Below, one piece after another: positions 27,031-32,000 of a stretch of 32,000 nt of DNA. Under the pieces are notes generated by a model. It did not search any database. It worked only from the letters and a program-made list of their open reading frames with translations, and was not told the origin of the DNA. Position 1 is the stretch's first letter. The number at the start of each line of letters is the position of its first letter. Source of the DNA: Trichlorobacter lovleyi SZ (lineage in GTDB: Bacteria > Desulfobacterota > Desulfuromonadia > Geobacterales > Pseudopelobacteraceae); contig NC_010814.1 of NCBI RefSeq assembly GCF_000020385.1, positions 900,001 through 932,000 on the forward strand, given 5' to 3'. A program made the translations under genes and the position numbers.

Positions 27031-27099
27031 GTTGGCTCGTCTTCGGCTTCTCGACGTACTGCCTGTACGCCTTCGTCGCCTCAATCCTCGCCACCTTGC
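27031..27099 (+). repeat. About 70-nt intergenic repeat, copy B (see 3084..3152)
   Basis: GTTGGCTCGTCTTCGGCTTCTCGACGTACTGCCTGTACGCCTTCGTCGCCTCAATCCTCGCCACCTTGC, in the same orientation as copy A and 30 nt after the stop of the Rep-like gene. Confidence 0.6.
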
Positions 27100-27169
27100 G
27101 ATCACTCTCGATTTGGAGTCGGAATAACCGGCCAATCCCGCATAGTTAAGGTGTCAGACCGTGCATGTC

Positions 27170-27215
27170 CGTTGATTGCAAATGCAGGATGCTTGCAATC
27201 AACAGACATTTTTTT
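27170..27215 (+). terminator. 11-bp perfect inverted repeat followed by T8 (terminator and/or protein-binding palindrome)
   Basis: GTTGATTGCAA-N11-TTGCAATCAAC, then AGACA and TTTTTTTT. The GATTGCAA half-site recurs at 27347..27378. Confidence 0.6.
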
Positions 27216-27339
27216 TGCCCATATCTGCTGGTCTTAAACTGATAGCTGTTTTCTCAAAACGATATTGAACGGGTCTGCTTGCTTGATTTAACATGTTGAT
27301 TACAGGCTGATATGATCGAGTAAAGCGCCTGCTTCTGGC

Positions 27340-27355
27340 TGGCATATCGATTGCA
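27340..27355 (+). promoter_or_regulatory. Sigma-54 promoter-like site upstream of arsM
   Basis: TGGCATATCGATTGCA, one mismatch to TGGCAC-N5-TTGCA with exact spacing, about 90 nt upstream of ATG 27442. Confidence 0.55.
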
Positions 27356-27378
27356 AATGTATTGGTGTCTGCAATCGA
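27347..27378. promoter_or_regulatory. 9-bp inverted repeat overlapping the -12 box (operator candidate)
   Basis: TCGATTGCA-N14-TGCAATCGA. It shares the GATTGCAA(ATG) core with the palindrome at 27170..27202. Confidence 0.4.
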
Positions 27379-27441
27379 ACGGCTGTCCTGGTGCCGTGAG
27401 CTGTATGGAAAAAACACACAGGAGGGGCTGAGGAGAAGAGC

Positions 27442-28494
27442 ATGGGTGACAAACAGGATGCGCTGGCCACGGTCAAGGAATACTACGGGAAGGTGCTGAC
27501 AGGCTCAAAAAAACTGCAAGCCACGGCCTGCTGCTTGCTGGAGGTATGCCCGCCGGCACATCAGGCGATTCTGGCGGAGATTGATGACGAGCTGCTGGAC
27601 AGGTTCTACGGTTGCGGTTCGCCGATTCCTGCAGCAATCGACGGTTGCACGGTGCTCGATCTGGGATGCGGCACCGGGCGGGATGCCTATCTGGCGTCGA
27701 AACTGGTTGGTCAGGACGGCTATGTCATCGGCGTAGATATGACTGATGAACAGCTGGCCGTGGCCCGCAAACATCTGCACAGCCAGACCGCACGCTTCGG
27801 TTTGACTCAACCGAATCTGGAGTTCAGGCACGGCTACATTGAAGACCTGGCCGACTGCGGTATTACCGATAACTCAATTGATCTGGTCATTTCAAACTGC
27901 GTCATTAATCTCTCTCCCGACAAGGAGCGGGTCTTTTCAGAAATCTTCCGGGTGCTAAAGCCGGGCGGTGAGCTGTATTTCTCCGACGTCTTTGTTGATC
28001 GCCGTCTGCCGGTGCATCTGAAAAACGATCCGGCGCTGTATGGAGAATGTCTGAGCGGTGCGCTCTATAGCGAAGATTTCCGCCGCCTGCTCCTCGGCCT
28101 TGGCTGCAGGGATTATCGTGTCCTGTCCAGGCGGCCCGTTGTACTCGACAACCCTGCCGTTTTTTCCTGGATCGGTCAGGCACAGTTTTGTTCCTGTGTC
28201 ATACGGGCCTTCAAGCTGGCCTGTCTGGAAGATATCTGCGAAGACTACGGTCAGGTCGCCTGCTACAACGGCACACTACCCGGCCTGCCACATTACTTTG
28301 ATCTCGATGACCACCACCGCTTCTACACCGGCAAGCCGATGCCGGTCTGCGGCAACAGCGCCGCCATGGTGCAGGAAACCCGCTTCGGGAAACACTTTAC
28401 CGTAACCGGTGACCGCTCCGTTCATTTTGGCGCCTTTCCCTGCGGCCCCGCACCTGCTCAGGCTGCCGATTCCTGTGCCGCTAACGGTTGTTGA
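27442..28494 (+). CDS. arsM: Arsenite S-adenosylmethionine methyltransferase
   Basis: 350-aa ORF behind GAGGAG. SAM motif VLDLGCGTGRD, plus VISNCVINL and conserved cysteines (ACC, YGCGSP, NCV, GEC) as in ArsM/AS3MT. Confidence 0.85.
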   Translation: MGDKQDALATVKEYYGKVLTGSKKLQATACCLLEVCPPAHQAILAEIDDELLDRFYGCGSPIPAAIDGCTVLDLGCGTGRDAYLASKLVGQDGYVIGVDMTDEQLAVARKHLHSQTARFGLTQPNLEFRHGYIEDLADCGITDNSIDLVISNCVINLSPDKERVFSEIFRVLKPGGELYFSDVFVDRRLPVHLKNDPALYGECLSGALYSEDFRRLLLGLGCRDYRVLSRRPVVLDNPAVFSWIGQAQFCSCVIRAFKLACLEDICEDYGQVACYNGTLPGLPHYFDLDDHHRFYTGKPMPVCGNSAAMVQETRFGKHFTVTGDRSVHFGAFPCGPAPAQAADSCAANGC

Positions 28495-28530
28495 TGATCT
28501 GCCGGTTACAACGAGATAAGGATTCCGACA

Positions 28531-29355
28531 ATGAAATATCTGCATGATTTTATCGGTGAACTGTTTGGCACCTTCCTGCTGGTCTTTATCGGCTGCTCTT
28601 CGGTTGCGGTAGCCGTACTCTACTCAGCCCATTCCGGTCTTTTTCAGATTGCCATGATCTGGGGGCTGGCGGTGACACTTTCGATTTATGCCACCAGGCA
28701 TCTTTCCTGCGCACACTTCAATCCGGCGGTCAGCATCGCCATGGCGGTACGCGGCAGAATGCCCTGGAGCAAGGTGCCGCTCTATCTGATCGCTCAATTT
28801 GCCGGGGCGTTTATCGCCGCTGCAACACTCTATCTGCTGTTCTCCAGCTCCATCGCCCAGCTTGAACAGCTGCAGGGGATCATGCGCGGTTCGCCCGCAT
28901 CAGTAAAAACCGCCCAGATGTTCGGCGAATTCTACCCCAATCCCGGCGCCGGTGCAGTGGCAGCGGTCTCTACGCTGAACGCCTTTCTGGCTGAGGCGGT
29001 CGGTACCTTTATCCTGGTCTCCATGATCTTTGCCCTGAGCGAAGGGTGTAATCTGGGGCGGCCGTCCGATGTGCTCTGTCCGCTTTTTATCGGTTTGACC
29101 GTGACGGCGCTTATTTCTGTACTTGCCCCGCTTACCCAGGCCGGATTCAACCCGGCTCGTGACCTCTCGCCCCGTCTGTTCGCCTGGATGATGGGCTGGG
29201 GAGACGCTGCGTTCCCGGGTAGAGGCCCGGGATTCCTGGTCGTCTATGTCCTGGGGCCGATTGCCGGCGGTGTGGCCGCATCAGCAGTCAGTTTTCTGAT
29301 GGAGCCGCTGATGAAGGCAAAGAGCTCCTGCCGCGATGTCTGTGTGTGCCGTTAG
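28531..29355 (+). CDS. MIP-family channel (aquaglyceroporin-like) with a Cys-rich C-terminal tail
   Basis: 274-aa ORF with two NPA boxes (HFNPAVS, GFNPARD) and six TM-like segments. The C-terminus reads ...KAKSSCRDVCVCR. Confidence 0.85.
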   Translation: MKYLHDFIGELFGTFLLVFIGCSSVAVAVLYSAHSGLFQIAMIWGLAVTLSIYATRHLSCAHFNPAVSIAMAVRGRMPWSKVPLYLIAQFAGAFIAAATLYLLFSSSIAQLEQLQGIMRGSPASVKTAQMFGEFYPNPGAGAVAAVSTLNAFLAEAVGTFILVSMIFALSEGCNLGRPSDVLCPLFIGLTVTALISVLAPLTQAGFNPARDLSPRLFAWMMGWGDAAFPGRGPGFLVVYVLGPIAGGVAASAVSFLMEPLMKAKSSCRDVCVCR

Positions 29356-29473
29356 AGCACAGGCGGGCCCGCCTATGTGTGCCCGGCTATGACAAGCTGA
29401 TGAAGCGGATCGACCGGCTTGAGAAAGAACCGGCAGCGGTTAAAACGTTAAGAGTCCGACTTGGAAAAAGCAT

Positions 29474-29781
29474 GGAAACGGCATGTACTCATGCAACTCC
29501 GCAACGTACGCCAAGAACATCAAAATCATATTCAAGAATGCTGCTTCTCCTCTCGGGTGAACGCCCAACTCTTCGCAACCACTTGTTTTTGAATTAAAAC
29601 GGCAATTAGCCGCAGAGGGCACAGAGAAACACAGAGAGCTACAAGAAACATCTGTTTTTAGTGGTTCACCCAAAGGGAATCAGGTTGTTTGGTATATCTT
29701 CCTGTTTTCCTCTGGGACCTCTGTGGCAACTGCTGTTTAAGGTCTAAACATTGCGGCGTTGCGTGAGTCAATGCCGTTTTC
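29474..29781. repeat. About 310-bp imperfect nested inverted repeat (MITE-like or head-to-head repeat copies)
   Basis: Outer arms 29474-29507 and 29748-29781 match 28/34 in inverted orientation. Inner arms GCCGCAGAGGGCACAGAG (29609-29626) and the reverse complement of 29709-29727 (GCCACAGAGGTCCCAGAGG) also match. Confidence 0.6.
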
Positions 29782-29872
29782 AGTATAACCAATCGAAACC
29801 CTGCAAACCTGCTGCTTCCCGAATATCTCCACACCTGCCGGCAGTCCTTCCGGCCCTTCCCTCTCAGAGCGG

Positions 29873-29908
29873 TTATCAATTTTCAAATTGATAGAAAGCT
29901 TATCAAAG
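29873..29908. promoter_or_regulatory. Cluster of three TTGATAR sites including a 9-bp perfect palindrome (candidate activator site)
   Basis: TATCAATTT-TC-AAATTGATA (29874-29893) plus CTTATCAAAG (29899-29908), 80-106 bp upstream of the 29979..29994 promoter-like site. Confidence 0.45.
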
Positions 29909-29978
29909 CCAGAAATGTATTCGCTTGTGCCGGATGTTAAGTCCAGTTGTTTCAGTATGTTGGATGTTTTTGCGGCTA

Positions 29979-29994
29979 TGGCATGCTCGTTGCT
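29979..29994 (+). promoter_or_regulatory. Sigma-54 promoter-like site upstream of the molybdopterin oxidoreductase gene
   Basis: TGGCATGCTCGTTGCT with exact spacing and a near-consensus -12 box, about 165 nt upstream of ATG 30159. Confidence 0.55.
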
Positions 29995-30158
29995 ATCTGG
30001 CTGATGTACGCACATTCGCCTGGCGAGCTGCAGGTATACGCGGCGCCAGCAGATCCTACGGTCGCAACGTGAAGGGGGAGAAGAAAGAAAGGAGGTGCAA
30101 CAACAAAGAGAATCTCGGCTAAGCAGTTGTCAAACTAACTGAAAGGATAGGTAAAGCA

Positions 30159-32000
30159 ATGAAAAAAGAATGGAAAGTACAGAACGAAGATGGATCATAT
30201 ACCGTTAGAACCTGTGGTTGGTCACCTCCGGGGGATCACCCGGTAGGCTGCGGCATGAAGCTGCATGTTAAGAACGGCAAGCTGGTCAAGGTTGAGGGTG
30301 ACCCTGAGCATCCGATCACCAACGGTCGTTTGTGTATCCGTTGTCTGACGCTGCCCGAGTATGTCCACCACCCGCAGCGGATCACTCACCCGATGAAGCG
30401 TGATCCGAAGAACCGTGGTAAAGACGCCTGGACCAAAATCTCATGGGATGAGGCCTGGGATATCATTGTACCCAAGATCAAGCAACTGAAGGCTGATCAC
30501 GGCGCGGAATCCATCGTCGTGTTTGGTGGAACAGGTCGTGAGGCCTGCCTGTATTACTATCCGCTCGGCTTTGCATCAATCGGTACCCCGAACGTCTGCT
30601 ATCCGCTCAGCGGCTGGTCATGCTACGGTCCCCGTTGTGCAATCACCGACTACATCCTCGGTGCCGGTTATCCCGAGATCGACAACGCCGGTTACTATCC
30701 GGACCGTTTTGACAACCCCAAATATGTACTGCCCAAGTACATCATGGAGTGGGGTAAGAACCCCCTGATGTCCAACCCTGACGGCTTCTTCGGTCACTCC
30801 CTGATCGATATGATGAAGCGCGGCTCCAAGATGATCTGCATCGACCCGCGGATCACCTGGCTGGGTACCCGTGCCGAACATGTCTGTCAGCTGCGTCCGG
30901 GTTCCGACACCGCTCTGGCACTGGGCTTCCTGAACGTCATCATCAATGAAGACCTGTATGACCACGACTTCGTCGATAACTGGACCTACGGTTTTGACGA
31001 GTTGAAAGAGCGTGTTCAGGAGTATCCGCCCGAGAAGGTTGCGGAGATCACCTGGGTACCGAAAGAGAAGATCATTGAAGTTGCCCGTGCCTTTGCCACC
31101 AACAAGCCATCCACCATCCAGTGGGGCCTGGCAGTGGACGAAAACCCCAACGGCGTACAGCTTGGCCATGCCATTCTGTCCCTGGCTGCCATCACCGGTA
31201 ACATCGACGTTCCGGGCGGCATCACCATCGGCCCGCCTGCCGCACTGTTGGGCAAATGGCGTGTTGAGACCCGCCGTAACCTCTCCGAAGAACTGTGGGA
31301 CAAGCGGATCGGCGCCAAGGAATGGCCTGCACTCAGCACCGCCATGGCAACCACCCACCCGGACGAGACCCTGGATACCCTGGAGACCGAGCGTCCCTAC
31401 AAACTGCGGATGGGCTGGTTCAACAGCAGTAACTTCCTGTCTCCGACCTGCTGCGCCTGTCCTGACCGCTGGTACAAGGGACTCAAGAAGCTTGAGTTCA
31501 ACGTGGTACAGGATTGCTTCATGACCCCGACGGCAATGGCCCTGGCAGATATCTTCCTGCCGCTGCCTACCTTCGCCGAGCATGATGGCGTGGTTATTAC
31601 CCACTTCGGCCGTAACGCCGTATTCCTTGGTGCAATCAACGAGGCACTGCGCGTTGGCGACACCAGATCAGATATCGAAGTATGTATCGAGCTTGGCAAG
31701 AAACTCCACCCCGATATGTGGCCCTTCGATGACGTGCCTGACTTCTTCACCAAGCAGCTCAAGCCTGAGCTGGGCGTTGACTTCGACGGTCTGCGTGAAC
31801 TTGGTGTATGGCAGCCTGACTACACCTATCGCAAGTTTGAAAAAGGTGGTCTGCGTACCGACGGTGAGCCGGGCTTCAACACCGTTACCGGTATGGTCGA
31901 GCTGACTTCCACGCTGTTTGAGGCATGGGGCGACGATGCCCTGCCGTACTTCAAAGAGCCTCCTTACAGCCCCTACAGCACACCGGAACTCTGGAAAGAG
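30159..32000 (+). CDS. Molybdopterin (bis-MGD) oxidoreductase family catalytic subunit, cytoplasmic, 3-prime partial
   Basis: Hand translation from ATG 30159 stays open for 614 codons to the window edge, so it has no stop and is absent from the ORF track. It reads MKKEWKVQNEDGSYTVRTCGWSPPGDHPVGCGMKLHVKNGKLVKVEGDPEHPITNGRLCIRC...ISWDEAWD...VVFGGTG...ICIDPRITW...GSDTALALGF...QDCFMTPTAMALADIFLP. There is no twin-arginine signal. Confidence 0.85.
   Translation, partial: MKKEWKVQNEDGSYTVRTCGWSPPGDHPVGCGMKLHVKNGKLVKVEGDPEHPITNGRLCIRCLTLPEYVHHPQRITHPMKRDPKNRGKDAWTKISWDEAWDIIVPKIKQLKADHGAESIVVFGGTGREACLYYYPLGFASIGTPNVCYPLSGWSCYGPRCAITDYILGAGYPEIDNAGYYPDRFDNPKYVLPKYIMEWGKNPLMSNPDGFFGHSLIDMMKRGSKMICIDPRITWLGTRAEHVCQLRPGSDTALALGFLNVIINEDLYDHDFVDNWTYGFDELKERVQEYPPEKVAEITWVPKEKIIEVARAFATNKPSTIQWGLAVDENPNGVQLGHAILSLAAITGNIDVPGGITIGPPAALLGKWRVETRRNLSEELWDKRIGAKEWPALSTAMATTHPDETLDTLETERPYKLRMGWFNSSNFLSPTCCACPDRWYKGLKKLEFNVVQDCFMTPTAMALADIFLPLPTFAEHDGVVITHFGRNAVFLGAINEALRVGDTRSDIEVCIELGKKLHPDMWPFDDVPDFFTKQLKPELGVDFDGLRELGVWQPDYTYRKFEKGGLRTDGEPGFNTVTGMVELTSTLFEAWGDDALPYFKEPPYSPYSTPELWKE

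Noticed and set aside
29346-30015. Short ORFs 29346..29597(+), 29440..29673(-), 29658..29879(-) and 29737..30015(-) as possible small genes or toxin-antitoxin remnants
   Set aside because: The shared THATPQ peptide arises from reading the two arms of an inverted DNA repeat. No SD or family motif was recognised. The last ORF overlaps the promoter and activator-site cluster on the opposite strand.
30618-31604. 328-aa minus-strand ORF, the only long ORF the track reports in the last 2 kb
   Set aside because: The plus strand is open across the entire region and encodes clear molybdopterin-oxidoreductase segments. The minus-strand ORF is its antisense shadow.
1-32000. CRISPR arrays, rRNA and tRNA genes
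   Set aside because: No regularly spaced direct repeats with unique spacers were seen. No tRNA-like T-arm or acceptor signatures and no rRNA-like segments were recognised in any non-coding stretch.

Overview
GC-rich chromosomal window that looks Geobacter/Desulfuromonadales-like; this is an inference from gene content (multihaem cytochrome, several sigma-54 activators, chemoreceptors), not from a search. Left third, housekeeping genes: a K+ channel with RCK domains, a TIM-barrel isomerase-like protein, galE, a DHH-CBS-CCA/polyA-polymerase fusion, and a minus-strand operon ribBA - small unknown protein - MFS transporter. About 8.9-18.3 kb is visibly more AT-rich and reads as an accessory island. 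Its minus-strand operon encodes a tetrahaem cytochrome c, a periplasmic FAD flavoprotein, a MetA/phenol-pathway-type outer-membrane channel and a chemoreceptor. A XylR/DmpR-like (V4R) sigma-54 activator is transcribed divergently. The flavoprotein gene is split by a complete IS21-family element (istA/istB, multi-repeat ends, 6-bp TTAATG target duplication); removing the IS restores one in-frame 516-codon gene. Directly right of the island sits a GC-rich paralogous pair (chemoreceptor plus V4R sigma-54 activator). Next come moeA-moaA, an MFS transporter, a lone Rep_3-like replication initiator, arsM plus an aquaglyceroporin, a repeat-rich 0.8-kb spacer, and a cytoplasmic molybdopterin oxidoreductase. 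That last gene runs off the right edge and is missing from the ORF track. Hand-reading added three things the track does not show: (1) a ~100-codon minus-strand ORF with an in-frame TGA in a C-x-x-U context just downstream of moaA, a candidate selenoprotein; (2) seven well-placed sigma-54 (-24/-12) promoter-like sites in intergenic regions, several with WTTGATAR repeats 70-130 bp upstream; (3) a terminator-containing leader ahead of ribBA with no recognisable FMN aptamer. No rRNA, tRNA or CRISPR was seen. All product calls rest on motif recognition by eye; no database search was possible.
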